Shown piece by piece: positions 27,977 to 41,153 of a stretch of DNA of 64,000 bases; within the stretch, counting starts at the first letter, position 1, and each line of letters begins with the position of its first letter. The stretch lies in assembly GCA_965203295.1 (NCBI GenBank), contig CBDBCZ010000016.1:1440001-1504000 (forward strand). The letters are read 5' to 3'. This stretch comes from Nitrospirales bacterium (GTDB lineage: Bacteria > Nitrospirota > Nitrospiria > Nitrospirales > UBA8639). The notes beneath the pieces are model-generated. The model saw nothing but the letters and a program-made list of their open reading frames with translations. It did not search any database and was not told the origin of the DNA. The translations under genes and the position numbers were made by a program.

Positions 27977-29851
27977 ATTAGGTACCATGAAGGGTAGTTT
28001 CCTGCATTAGGTATCCATAATATGTACAGGATAGACCTACACCCAACCGTAGGTTGTATGCCATTATTATTCCAAGATAATGCCAAGGAATAAATACAAG
28101 TGGGTTATATGTATAGCAATTAGACTGTGGTTTGCACAGTATGAATGAGGTGTTTAAAATATCTACTAAGCACTTCATCATAATTATATATTTCATACAG
28201 AGAAATTGAAAGCTGGAAACCATGGTCAAAGCTGCATGGCTAGTGCCCTCAGGCAGGTATTTTAGCCGTTTAGAGACTGTCAGGATGTCCTTGGTGGTTA
28301 TAGGTAGCATCATTCACGTCTCTAAAACGACTAGGATTGTCTGAGGGCCTAAGTTATACATGATATTAGAGTGGATTTGATCTCTTTGACCACATTATGT
28401 ATGTGTATATTCTACTGTGTAGTAGCATAGCAAATTTCTTCCATAAGATTTTTAGAAACGAGAATGACAGGTGTGGCTTTTACAGGGTCATGACTACATT
28501 AACAGCAGAGTTGGAGCGTATGATTTTGTACACATTATATGCAGCGGTCATCTTTTTCCTGCGCCATCCCTACATATGGACTCCAGGAGTACTACTCTAC
28601 TCCACTAGGGTGTATGCCTGAAGGTAGGCTAATGAGGGTTACATGTTGGCACCAGCAAGAGAGCAGCCATCATACATTTCAGGGACACTGCCAAGGCCAC
28701 TGGGTTTCTTACAAGGTGCTTTTTCATCTTCTCGCTTACCAAGTCTTCCATTTTTCAAATTCTCATGAGCTCTGTGCCTAAAACATCTGACTTTGAGGTC
28801 CATTTCTTTGTGCCTCATTTTAGGTTTCCAACATGCGAGAAAATAGATAGCTATACTGCAACATTTCAAATGAAGCCACCAGTTCACCATCGTGAGTGCT
28901 GCATTAATATCACTGATGCTGTAGCACCTCATGCAAGCAATATGCTGCTAGAAACCTTAACAACTTAACCTATCCTTGTTGCCTAGTTACCAGTGTTGAT
29001 GCAGCATCATAGTGACTCTTAGTGACTCTTGGTGTTGTAGTCAGTGGCGTGGCTTACTGCCTGGCAACTGGTCAAGGCTAGTAAACATGCATGCATCTCC
29101 TGGGTGATTGTTTATACACATAGGCTGTTCAAGTTCCTTCTGCAGTTGCCTCTGGCAAAAATACTGCCGCTTCCAGTACACAAAATGTTGTCCAGGAAAT
29201 CCAGCCATCATCGTGTCTTGAAATCTCGCAATGTACACAAAGCATGCGAAATTTATTTCCGCAAAAGGGTTAACTATGACAAAACCACAGAAATTGTGCG
29301 CCTTGAAAATTTGCCGCTATGCGGTATTTAGCTAGTGATCTACATGCATCTATGGCAATTTCAGCAACATGCAGAAGGAGCTTGGACACCCTATTTTTAC
29401 AAACAATCACCCAGGATACTCACACATGTTTACTTGTTGTTGGAGGAAAACAGTGAACTTAAGTAGTGATGGGTGGCTGAACCTGAGCATGCTAGTAGCT
29501 ATTCGAGACCAACTTAAAGTGAGCCTTGCGCTACACGTAATCCTGAGATGGCAGTTGGTTATGAAAGACAATAACCAAAAACAGTATAGCTGATACAAGA
29601 AAAAGGTTATACCTACAAAACATAACAGGGTAGAAACGTGTATTGCTGCCTTATGTATTACATTGGTGATAATGTTGCTACAATGTCAGTGAATAATGAT
29701 GTTGCTACAATGTCAGTGAATAATGATGTTGACACAATGTACAGCTCAGCAAATAGTGTCAAAACATCCTACATGTGCATGTATAAAGAAGGCATGGGAG
29801 AAGTGTTAAACAGTGCCATTAATCAGCAACCAATACAGAGGTAGGCTAAAG

Positions 29852-31036
29852 CTACTGAACGTAGAGTTCAATTACTTCAAGAGGAGTATCTTCCCGGCTC
29901 CTTGTCACACCAGGTCGCAATATACGATTGCCTGTTCGGAAGGAAGCACACAGTCTCACATCTATATTATCAGTGGTGGGTGCAATGTCTGTGCGGAAGT
30001 AGGGAGGTCTGTTGAACTGACAGCAAGTGTTACGTCGCCCGCAACCTCTACCGTCCCACAGTGGGGCTTCAAGGTGAAATCGGTCGTCGGGCACGCCGGT
30101 GGCCTGGCTTCCGGTATCGCAGAAGAAATTTCTCCCAATATATGGGGGTACTAGAGGTAGTACATCTCCCGATGGTGTTTCTCCTTCCGTGCAGGGACAA
30201 GCTCTTTGTTTGTCCGCAAACTCGCTCTGTGCTGCTGCAAATGTCCAGATATGGGTACGATGTCCACTCTGTCCGTGGGTGATGCTAACTCCGTCGACAT
30301 ATTCCTCATCGATAGTGGCATTGGTCTCATCGTAGTAGATGAATCCATCAGGTGCTTCACGTTGATACCCGATAACTTTACCACACACACGAGAGTACTC
30401 CACACCTTGCACACTGTAGGGAACAGCATCACAGCCTGGCATCCTGCGGTTTTCAACTCGGGTGCACAGCCTCCTTGAGCTGTCGCCTGGTGGTGAAATT
30501 GTCACCAAAGGCTGGGGACAGGAGTTGCACTGGGTATTGTTCATGTTGAGATTGGCCACCCTCATCCACCCCCTGGAGCCACCACACGATCGGTCGTCAG
30601 CATGGACCTCCAGATCACAGTAGACCAGCACAGCATCACGTACCGTATTTCTTATCCAGTAGTTGCCAGAGGTTGCACAGGAGCAGCGGGCAGCCAGATC
30701 CTGGCAGGAAGCTGCAGGGCTCTGAGGTGTTCCGATACTGCAGCACGAAAGAATGTTTGCTTCAAAGGTATCGCATGCAGCACAGGTCCCTGGATCAGCG
30801 ACATTGGCACGAGGAGGTGGGGTCACGGTAGGGTCTTCACAGCAGTTACACCGCTTGTCTTGTAGTGTCGTGTTGATGTCGGTAAGCCGTCGTAGGATCT
30901 CTTGTGTTGAATTGTCGACTCCTCTGCACGAATGCTCTTCCATATCAACTGCTTCACACCTGTACAGTTGTTGGCTACTGACTGTGGTGAAAAGAACACC
31001 ACAGATAGCTAGGATCAGAAGGGCCTGGTTGAACAT
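29852..31036 (-). CDS. Secreted Cys-rich fibrinogen/COLFI-like protein, array copy 2 (type B), 394 aa
   Basis: Intact ORF near-identical to copy 1; type-B N-terminus (EAVDMEEHSCRGVDNS, ADPGT insertion). Confidence 0.9.
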   Translation of the reverse strand: MFNQALLILAICGVLFTTVSSQQLYRCEAVDMEEHSCRGVDNSTQEILRRLTDINTTLQDKRCNCCEDPTVTPPPRANVADPGTCAACDTFEANILSCCSIGTPQSPAASCQDLAARCSCATSGNYWIRNTVRDAVLVYCDLEVHADDRSCGGSRGWMRVANLNMNNTQCNSCPQPLVTISPPGDSSRRLCTRVENRRMPGCDAVPYSVQGVEYSRVCGKVIGYQREAPDGFIYYDETNATIDEEYVDGVSITHGQSGHRTHIWTFAAAQSEFADKQRACPCTEGETPSGDVLPLVPPYIGRNFFCDTGSQATGVPDDRFHLEAPLWDGRGCGRRNTCCQFNRPPYFRTDIAPTTDNIDVRLCASFRTGNRILRPGVTRSREDTPLEVIELYVQ

Positions 31037-31902
31037 TCTCTTTTTGCCAGTTGAGAAGTAGCGGATGGAGAATTGAAAGGGGTATATTTATCCACTTCGT
31101 TTAGTTAACAGTAAGATTTACTACTTTGTGACAAAAAGACTTTCATTTATATAGACTGAAAATGAATCTGCACATGTGCAGCATGCAGACCAAAAGTCCA
31201 TGGTGCAAAAAGACTTTCAAATATGGCCATAGAATGGGTTTGGGTTCAAGTGTCTCTGTAATTGACAATTGTGCCACTTGTTTGTCTTACTTGTGGGGGA
31301 ATTAGAATTTGCCCCCTCTCTCCTGTTGCCTAGCTACCAGTTTTGGTACAGCATCAAAGTGACCACACTTGGTATTCTCAGTCAGTGACGTAGCTTATTG
31401 CCTGGCAACTAGTCAAGGCTGGTAAGAATGTGTGAGTGTCCTGGGTGATTGCTTATCCATATAGGGTGTTCAAGCTCCTTCCGCTTGTTGCTGAAAGCAA
31501 AAGATGCTCTAACCTTTATAAACTGTAGCAGCATATCACTTTGCTATTTGTCCGAAAGTACATTTAGCAAGGAGAGGGCAGTCATATACTTGCATGACGA
31601 GAGTGATTATTTTTGGACCTAGCTACCTCTTCTGGAAAAGTTAATGTCTACATTTGATTATGGCTATGAGGGCAAACATCAGTTGGTAAAATCGTTTTAC
31701 ACATCCCTGTTCACATCCTTTTTTCAACTTCGTAGATTGCAAGGGACATCCTGTTAGCTATCCTATATAGCTTCACATTCTGAGCTGATTTAGAATTTAG
31801 TTTTGTAGGGATGGTTGTATATGTGAAGCTATACATGTAGATTATATTGCACAAAATGACTTGTTTTACTCACCAAAGCCACACTTCAGGCTTAGGTACC
31901 AT

Positions 31903-32433
31903 TAGTCTCGTGACCAGCCCCATGTTAGAAAGGTGGGTCTGGCTCCCCATATAGTCAAAGTTGGGGCAGCATTACATCATATTACATCACCAAACTGATA
32001 GAGTCCATGTGGCCACTAGTCTCGTGCCCAGCCCCACGTTAGAAAGTGGGTCTGGCTCCCCGTATATTCAAAGTTGGGTTAGCGTTACATCATGTTACAT
32101 CACCTAACGGAAAGTGTCCACGTGGCCATTCGTGTAGATATCCGGATACTACAACCGTTTAGTGATGTAATACTATAAGTAACCAATCAGATTGCTGGTC
32201 CAGATCTGGGACCGCTGACGTAATGCTGCCCCAACTTTGAATATGCGGGGAGCCAGACCCACCTTCCTAACGTGGGGCTGGGCACGAGACTATGTGGCCA
32301 CTAGTATATATATATCCGGATACTGCAACCGTTTAGTGATATAATACTGAGACTGCTGACATAATGCTGCCCCAACTTTGAATATACGGGGAGCCAGACC
32401 CACCTTTCTAACGTGGGGCTGGGCACGAGGCTA
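31903..32433. mobile_element. MITE with long TIRs and 9-bp TSD (aggtaccat), carrying a nested same-family MITE
   Basis: tagtctcgtgaccagcccc...ggggctgggcacgaggcta; TSD aggtaccat on both sides. Confidence 0.85.
32017..32292. mobile_element. 276-bp MITE nested in the same-family element; 9-bp TSD tgtggccac
   Basis: tagtctcgtgcccagcccc...ggggctgggcacgagacta; absent from the paralogous element at 58564-58839. Confidence 0.85.
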
Positions 32434-33884
32434 AGGTACCATGAAAGGGAGTTTCCTGCATATAATTTAGTTAACCTACACTAGTACTGAGGCAAAATAA
32501 AATGGATCGATCACAAATCTGTCTTCAAAGTGAGATTTTTTAGCCACAGAACTCATGAGATTGGTGAGTGAGGAGATGAAAATGTACCTTGCAAGAAACC
32601 AAGTGGCCTTGGCAATGTACCTTGGGAAGCTGGCAATATCCCTTGGGATGCTGGTGGGCATCACAAACGTGGGCACGTTGTAGTGCATTTCCCAATGGTG
32701 TTTCTACTTCTGTGCGTGGACAAGCTCTTCTTTGGCTGATGTACTGTCTCGTTCTGTGCAGCTACAAACGTCCCGATATGGGTAGTGGAGTCTAGGAACA
32801 AGTCTAGGGAAAACCTCCATACAAGGCAATGGAAACACTTGCAATGTAATGGTTCAAGGGTCACTGTTATTCACAATTGGGGCACTTGTATGTGACCATG
32901 CATGAGTGAAGTAAGGCAATGTAGGGGCAATGTACTACCTACGAAACGTTGTTGCCTAGTTACCAGTGTGACTCTGGACCATATTTGGTAACATGGAGTA
33001 AGGTAGTACTCCATATGTAGGGATGGCTCCAAAAAAAATGGCGTCTCCATTAACTGTGTATAAAATGACATGTTGAGAACTCTGCTGTAGGCGTAGTCTA
33101 GGGCGAATATGAGCCCTACCAGTTATTATAAGGCGTTTTCATCACTAATCAGACTGCTAGCGCTGCTAAAGAGTATCACTTAAGTACCAAACCGGTAAGT
33201 AGCAAATCGGGCCCATTCGACTATCTTCTGATTCTAATTCTGATTCTTCCGCCAGGCTAGCGCAATAACGGCTGAGGCGATCACAATGATTCAAGCACGA
33301 AGACGCTAGATATTTCCTGGGGTACTGCACTCGCCGCATAGCGTTTTCAAAGAAACGAATAGGTTCGGCAGTCATTCACGAGTACTCTCGAGCAGAAGCT
33401 CGCTGTTGCACGCCATTTAATGACTTGGATTACGTAATGCTTAGACTGCACGTGTTCGTCTATTTAACGCCTACCTTTGAACGTGCAGTCTGCTCGGGCC
33501 TGAGCTGCGAGTTGCATCTCCTGGTTCATTACTGCGTAAGTTACACAAATTTTAGCTATAAAAAATGAAGACACTTTACTCACATGGTGAACGGGTTCTG
33601 GCCAGAGGTGCTGTTGAAGAATAGTATTAAACCATATTCTTGTGTAGACAGACTAACCGGTGTCATAAAGAAAAGACTCCATTTGTAAGTACCCTGAATA
33701 CGTTGTAATGGGATGAATAATACTGGAGGGGGCAGACAGCTATTTGCAGTTCATGTATATGTCCTTGACGTGTGCATGCAGTGCCATGCCATTTATTGAA
33801 CTGTCGACGCACAGCCATTTATGACTGATACAATTGTCCCCAGTGAAACACAGACACTGTACTGCATCTACTGCACTCTACAAC

Positions 33885-33950
33885 TAGCCTCGAACCCAGA
33901 CCTTCCATGGACTTTTCAAAATCTGCATAAAAGGCCTCAATTCGAGGCTA
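33885..33950. mobile_element. 66-bp hairpin element (TAGCCTCG family)
   Basis: tagcctcgaa...ttcgaggcta; degenerate flanks ctctacaac/ctctaacac. Confidence 0.55.
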
Positions 33951-34205
33951 CTCTAACACCACTCGATCAATACCGCACATGCATATTGCTCATGCATACC
34001 CCACACAACCACATTATGTAGATGTTCACAATGGTCCTCCCCCACAAAAAAAAAAAGCAGGAACAAGTTTTAGAAAAATCATTTTAAAATGAATAATATA
34101 TACCCAGGGTTTATAGTAGCAAGCCAAGTCAGACAACTACTGATACCTTAACTTTTCAACACTCCAAACCCTTTCATGCCATCTCCCAAAAAAACGCCCC
34201 AAAAC

Positions 34206-35172
34206 AAGTTACAGAAAAAGCACTTTCCAAAAAGTACAAAAACCAGTCATGTAGGGATGCACTTACAGCAAAAACTCTTCCCCAAAAACCAACGAAACAA
34301 GCAACAATGCACACCGGAAGGCATGCACAGACTACCCACACATCACAGCGCGATGCATTTACCGCGTACCTACCATCCCTACATCTTTCCAACCACACCC
34401 ACCACAAACCATACCACACACCCATACACAACACCCTTTAACACACACCACCATCCACAATCATCACCATCCTCAACCGTGATACCACAACAACCACCCT
34501 CGCATCCACATCCACAATGATTACATACTTCACGAAACACAACACTCCATGCTACAGCCAACCCAAAACACTACAGCAACACTACTCCCATAAAAACACA
34601 CTCCGCACCATTAATCCTACTCACAAGCACAAACCAACCAGAGTATAATTTCTACAACACACAACACTCCCAATGAATATCAACGCAACAAACCTTCACA
34701 CACCACATTTAACTCCACAACTCCCAATCTAGTCAAACACTTGAACCCACATCGACCTCCCCTATGAAGAACATCCACACACACCACAACACTCAACCAT
34801 GCATCTCCAAACACTGCCAACCCCTATACAAACGCCACCCTCAACCACTCACAACATCTATATACATAATCAACACTTTCCACAACCATGCGCCAACACA
34901 CTCACTCATTAGCAACACATATATACTCAGACACTACCACTATTCCCATCTCACATAGACATCATTGGAGGGGTGTGGTTGGAAAGATGTATAAATAGGG
35001 ATGGTAGGTACACGGTAAATGCATTGCGCTGTGATGTGTGGGTAGTCTGTGCATGCCTTCCGGTGTGCATTGTTGCTTGTTTCGTTGGTTTTTGGGGAAG
35101 TGTTTTTGCTGTAAGTGCATCCCTACAAGACTGGTTTTTGCACTTTTTGGAAAGTGCTTTTTCTGTAACTTT
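34206..35172. repeat. ~200-bp inverted repeat arms (34206-34400 / 34969-35172) around a G-poor spacer
   Basis: ORF track gives near-identical peptides on opposite strands (KLQKKHFPKS...HHSAMHLP). Confidence 0.85.
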
Positions 35173-37675
35173 TGTGTATAAACACTCAGTGACATAGTGT
35201 ATTGCCTGGCAACTAGTCAAGGCTAGTAAACCTGCATGAGTCTCCTGGGTGTTCGTTTATTGACATTGGCTTTGTTTTGGAGCACTGTACATTTCCTGGC
35301 AACTATATATAGTCAAGGCAGTAAACAAGCAATTGACAATTGTGGCACTTGTTTGGCTTACCTGTGACTCTGTATGACTTAGCAAGCTTCAAAGTCTTAG
35401 CCAAAAAACAGGATGGTGTGGGTAGAAAAACCCTATCATGCTTCTCAAATTACACCCTCAAATTGTTGCCTAGTTACCGGTTGTGATACAGCATCATAGT
35501 GACAGTCAATGACCTAGCTTATTGCCTGACAACTAGTCAAGACATGTATGTGACTCCTGGGTGATTGTTTATCCATATAGGGTTTGAAACTCCTTCTGCA
35601 TGTTACTGACAGCAAAGATATAAACTATAGATGTATGTCACTCTGCCATTTTTCAAATGTACATTTAGCAAAGAGCGAGCTGTAATCTACTTGCATGCAC
35701 ATACAAAGAATGAGTTGTTTGGTCCCACATTTTTCGGAAGTGTACAGTGCTGGTATATTTTGTTTTCTGCATGCAAGTAGATGACAGCCCTCTCCTTGTT
35801 AAATGTATACTCGGACAAAAAGCAAAGCGACATGCAGCTATAGTTTGTGTGATAAACTATAAGGTTTATGTATTCTTTTTAAAAAAGTCAGTTGGTAAAA
35901 TAATTGTTCACATCTTACTTTGTAGCTTCATTGCAAGTGACACTTTGTTATCCCTCACATAAGTATTTTAGCAACTGGTGGGCATCACAAATGTGGGCAA
36001 GTTGTATTGCATCTTCCAATGGTGTTTCTCTTTCTGTGAATGGACAAGCACTTTTTTGGCTGATGTACTGTCTTGTTCTGTGCAGCTACAAATGTCCTGA
36101 TATGGGTAGTGGAGTCTAGGAACAAGGCTAGGGAAAAACATCCGGAATAACGTCCGGAAACGCTTGCAATGTAATGGTTCAAGGGTCACTATAATTGACA
36201 GTTGGGCCACTTGTTTGGCTTGTATGTGACCTGTATGAGTGAGTAAAGTAGCTCATGCAATGTGGGGGAAATGTGCTACCTAGGAAACCTTATTTCCTAG
36301 TTACCAGTGTTGATACAGCATCATACTGACTCTGGACCATATTTGGAATTGTGTATAAACATTGAATGAAGTAGCGTATTGCCTGGCAACTACATGTAGT
36401 CAAAGCTAGTATGCATACATGAGTCTCCTGGGTGATTGTTTATTGACATTGACTTTGTTTTGGAGCACTGTACATTTCCTGGCAAAACAAGCAATTGACA
36501 ATTGTGGCACTTGTTTGGCTTACCTGTGACTCTGTATGACTTAAGCAAGCTTCAAAGTCTTAACCAAAAAACATGATAGTGTGGGTGGAAAATCCTGCCA
36601 TGGTTCTCAAATTACACCCTCAAAGCGTTGCCTAGTTACCAGTTATGATACAGCATCATAGTGACAGTCAGTGACCTAGCATATTGCCTGGCAACTAGTC
36701 AAGACATGTATGTGACTCCTGGGTGATTGTTTATCCATATAGGGTTTTGATTTGCCTTGTGCATGTTGCTGACAGCAAAGATACCATTACACAAACTGTA
36801 GCTGCATGTCACTCCGCCATTTTCCATTTAGCAAGGAGCGAGCTGTCATCTACATGTACTTACTTGCACATGCAGAGAATTAGTTGTTTGATCCCACCTT
36901 CTCTGCATGCAAGTGGATGACAGCCCTTTCTTTGTTAAATGTATATTCGGACAAAAAGCGAAGCGACTTGCACCTATAGTATTCTATAAGGTTTCAGTAT
37001 CTGTTGAATTATTGTGAGGACTAAAGTCAGTTGGTAAAATTAATGTTCACATTCATTACTTTGTAGCTTCATTGCAAGTGACACCCTGTTAGCTATATCG
37101 CTTCACATTCTGAGCTGCTTCAGAAATTAGTTTTGCACTGGATAGAATTTTTCTGTATGTGAAGCCATACATGTAGCTTCCTTTGCTCATCAAAGCCACG
37201 TTAAAGAGTAGTTTCCTGCATTAGGTAACCACAATATGTACAGGATAGACCTACACCCAACCGTTGGTTGTGTGCCAGTGTTATTCCGAGGCAAAGCCAA
37301 GGAATAAATACAAGTGGGTTTAGCTATTATGTGTAGCACTTGCTCTGTGATTTGCACAATATAAATAAGTTGTAGACACCTCATCATACCGTACGTATAA
37401 AGCGCTCATGGGCAGGGAACCTTAGAATGCAGCGGAAAAGGGGGGTGGGCACTTACTACGTATTCGTCCGCAAACGGCATGTAGTATCTGCCCACCACCC
37501 TGGAAGTGAGGAATCTTCACCATAATATATTTTCTACCATGAACGTTTGATTATTATATTCCATTGAGGTAAAGTCAATGTGAACGTTTGATTATTATAT
37601 TCCATTGAGGGTAAAACTGTTGATAAATGTTTACTTTTATAGGTGTGTACATTGCAAGCGAAATATTGTTAGCTA

Positions 37676-38448
37676 TCTACTATTACGCCTGGTTGTGTCC
37701 GTGGGTTCGTTCGTCCGTCCGTGCGTGCGTGCGTGCGTGCGTACGTGTGAAAAACGGAAGCGGAAGCCGCATCCCGGATGAACTTTCACCTGTGACCAGG
37801 AAGTTCACGGTCATAGGTCAAAGTACCACGTGTCTGTATGTGAAGTGCGAGAAGATGCTAGCTCTTTCCAGCGACTACAAAACTTAGTCTCGCGATGTCA
37901 GGCACTTTAACACAAAGGTTAGTTGCGGTATAGTCCTGTAAGTGAAAGCCAAGCAGAGATATAACTGCTATGCTAGGCTAACCATGTCGATGTGCATTAA
38001 ATGGAGTCGGTGCCGTTCGCCTGCATGTAGCCTGTGGTATAGCTAGGCTACAATGCTAGCTCGCCTGTTTGATCTAGCAGCTGTTTGTAGTCTCTCCTCT
38101 GAGTCACTGCCTCTGGTTAGAATATGGTGAACATGCAAGTAGCCATGCTGAGAATAAAATCAGTGCCATGCATTCACTTACATGATATGTAGCTATGCTA
38201 GGCTATGGCTGTGAAGAGCTAGGCTGTAGTCCCAACATGCCTAAACTGTTTTACAGTTGATTGTAGTCTTCTCTGTAGCGCTGTCTCCATACTTCAGTCT
38301 GCCAGCAACACTACTAGCTAAATGTACCCTACAAACCAACAAATCACGTGCAGATTACATCTTTAATCTCTATCTGTATAGAGCGAGCGCAGCGAGCGAG
38401 TTCAACAGACACAAGTAGTTGTGCGAGCGAAGCGAGCACAATTACTTG
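37676..38448 (+). mobile_element. Non-autonomous Helitron, 773 bp
   Basis: Starts TCTACTATTA, ends CTTG after hairpin caagtagttgtgc...gcacaattacttg; inserted between A and T with no TSD; empty site tagcta|tattct in the paralogous segment at ~46097-46108; internal (GTCC)/(GTGC) microsatellite. Confidence 0.82.
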
Positions 38449-39980
38449 TATTCTATTATAGGTGATTAAAGATACATTTCAGGCTTATCGAATCAACAGA
38501 TGTTTCCATGCAAACCAATGCCACAATTGTCAATTACAAAGTTCCTTGAACCACTACATTGTAAATAGGTTTTTATCCCCTTATACAGGCAAATAGGTTT
38601 CACTCCCCTTTCTTCCGCTTATAGGGAACGTTTTCCGCTTAGAGGGAACCTTCCCTCTAAGCGAAAGTGGGCTGGCCCGCGAGACTAGTCTGGGACAGTA
38701 TGGCCTAGGATCCATCTGTTGCCTCACTTGATTCCCAAAGCCTGGCACACTAAATGAGACTCCATGCATACCAAATCGGTTAGGTACCCGACGGACTGAA
38801 GGTGTGGTCAGCTGGAACGATACTGCCCTTTAGCTTTGTGCTTCGGTAGATATCACATGGCACATGCAGGTTTCCGCTGGGGGCAAGATCCAAAGGTTAC
38901 GCATTTTTTTTATTGACAAGTCTGACAGCAGTATATAACAGTTGACAAACAGATTTGTTTGGGAGGAGTCAGACTCCTCCCCTAAGACAAGTAGCTCAAG
39001 GGTCATGATGGTTCACAACTACAAAGGAAGATTTGCCATGGAGGCATCATCAATGGATGCAAAGGCATGCTCAGCAGGAGTGCCATTCACCAACTCTGCA
39101 GGGATCTGCTAGAAACTCACTGGCATGACTAAACTCTGCCACTTTGCTCAGCAATAGGCACATTAGTCAATGAAGATATTGCTAGCCATCAAACTGGACT
39201 AAGGTCCTGTAAGTGTGATCAAGCTAGCCACTCAACAGCAAATATGAAGTGGGTATGGCTCTAGCAAAGGGGTTACCACTAATTGTCCTGATTGTGCATG
39301 GGGTTCAAGACTGTTTGAGCTATAGGCCTAGGCTAGTTCATACCTATCACTGCTATCAATACATACAGATGTGCCATGCAGGAATGCAATGGAAGTGGGA
39401 GGGACAGGAATGTTAGATTATGCCCTTTACCCATGTTAACTGCATGAACAGCAAAGGAAAACCCTTTCCATGATTCTGTGAAATTAATAAAGTAAGCCAG
39501 AATTAATCTTACAATTTAGTAGTAGTTAGTAGGTTGCCAAAAGCAGTAAACCTCTACATGCATGTCAGCTGAATTTCAGCGACAAGCAGAATGAACTTGA
39601 ACGCCCTATTTGTATAAGAAGACTCACACATTTACTTGTTGTTGGGGGGAAACAGTGAACTTAAGCAGTGATGGGAGGCTGAACCTGAGCATGCTAGTAG
39701 CTATGCGAGACTAACTGCGGTAAAGTGAGGCTTGCGCATACGTAATTCAGAGATGCCAGTTGGTTACGGAAAGACAATAACAAAAAACAGTATAGCTGAT
39801 ACAAAAAAAACGTACGAAGTGGAAACATATATTGCTACCTTAATAATAATGTGAATGTTGACACAATGTACAGCTCAGTAAATACTCAAATACATGTGCA
39901 TGTATAAAGAAGGCATGAGAGCAGTGTTAAACAGTTGTATAAGTGCCATTAATCAGCAACAATACAGAGGTAGGCTGAAG

Positions 39981-41153
39981 CTACTGAACGTAGAGTTCAA
40001 TTACTTCAAGAGGAGTATCTTCCCGGCTCCTTATCACACCAGGTCGCAATATACGATTGCCTGTTCGGAAGGAAGCACACAGTCTCACATCTATATTATC
40101 AGTGGTGGGTGCAATGTCTGTGCGGAAGTAGGGAGGTCTGTTGAACTGACAGCAAGTGTTACGTCGCCCGCAACCTCTACCGTCCCACAGTGGGGCTTCA
40201 AGGTGAAATCGGTCCTCTGGCACGCCGGTGGCCTGGCTTCCGGTATCACAGAAGAAATTTCTCCCAATATATGGGGGTACTAGAGGTAGTACATCTCCCG
40301 ATGGTGTTTCTCCTTCCGTGCAGGGACAAGCTCTTCTACTGTCCGCAAACTCGCTCTGTGCAGCTGCAAATGTCCAGATATGGGTACGATGTCCACTCTG
40401 TCCGTGTGTGATGCTAACTCCGTCGACATATTCCTCATCGATAGTGGCATTGGTCTCATCATAGAAGATGAAACCATCAGGTGCTTCACGTTGATACCCG
40501 ATAACCTTACCACACACGCGAGAGTACTCCACACCTTGCACACTGTAGGGAACAGCATCACAGCCTGGCATCCTGCGGTTTTCAACTCGGGTGCACAGCC
40601 TCCTTGAGCTGTCGCCTGGTGGTGAAATTGTCACCAAAGGCTGGGGACAGGAGTTGCACTGGGTATTGTTCATGTTGAGATTGGCCACCCTCATCCACCC
40701 CCTGGAGCCACCACACGATCGGTCGTCATCATGGACCTCCAGATCACAGTAGACCAGCACAGCATCACGTACCGTATTTCTTATCCAGTAGTTGCCAGAG
40801 GTTGCACAGGAGCAGCGGGCAGCCAGATCCTGGCAGGAAGCTGCAGGGTTCTGAGGTGTTCCGATACTGCAGCACGAAAGAATGTTTTCTTCAAAGCTAT
40901 CGCATGCGCAGGTCCTGACATTGGCACGAGGAGGTGGGGTTACGGTAGGGTCTTCACAGCAGTTACACTGCTTGTCTTGTAGTGTCGTGTTGATGTCGGT
41001 CAGCCGTCGTAGGATCTCCTGTGTTGAACTGTCGATTTCTTCTCTGCACGAATGGTCTTCTACTTCAACTGCATTGCACCTGTACAGTTGTTGGCTACTG
41101 ACTGTGGTGAGAATACCACAGATAGCTAGGATCAGAAGTACCTTGTTGAACAT
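39981..41153 (-). CDS. Secreted Cys-rich fibrinogen/COLFI-like protein, array copy 3 (type C), 390 aa
   Basis: Intact ORF near-identical to copy 1; diagnostic FIFYD, ADSRR, GVIRS. Confidence 0.9.
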   Translation of the reverse strand: MFNKVLLILAICGILTTVSSQQLYRCNAVEVEDHSCREEIDSSTQEILRRLTDINTTLQDKQCNCCEDPTVTPPPRANVRTCACDSFEENILSCCSIGTPQNPAASCQDLAARCSCATSGNYWIRNTVRDAVLVYCDLEVHDDDRSCGGSRGWMRVANLNMNNTQCNSCPQPLVTISPPGDSSRRLCTRVENRRMPGCDAVPYSVQGVEYSRVCGKVIGYQREAPDGFIFYDETNATIDEEYVDGVSITHGQSGHRTHIWTFAAAQSEFADSRRACPCTEGETPSGDVLPLVPPYIGRNFFCDTGSQATGVPEDRFHLEAPLWDGRGCGRRNTCCQFNRPPYFRTDIAPTTDNIDVRLCASFRTGNRILRPGVIRSREDTPLEVIELYVQ

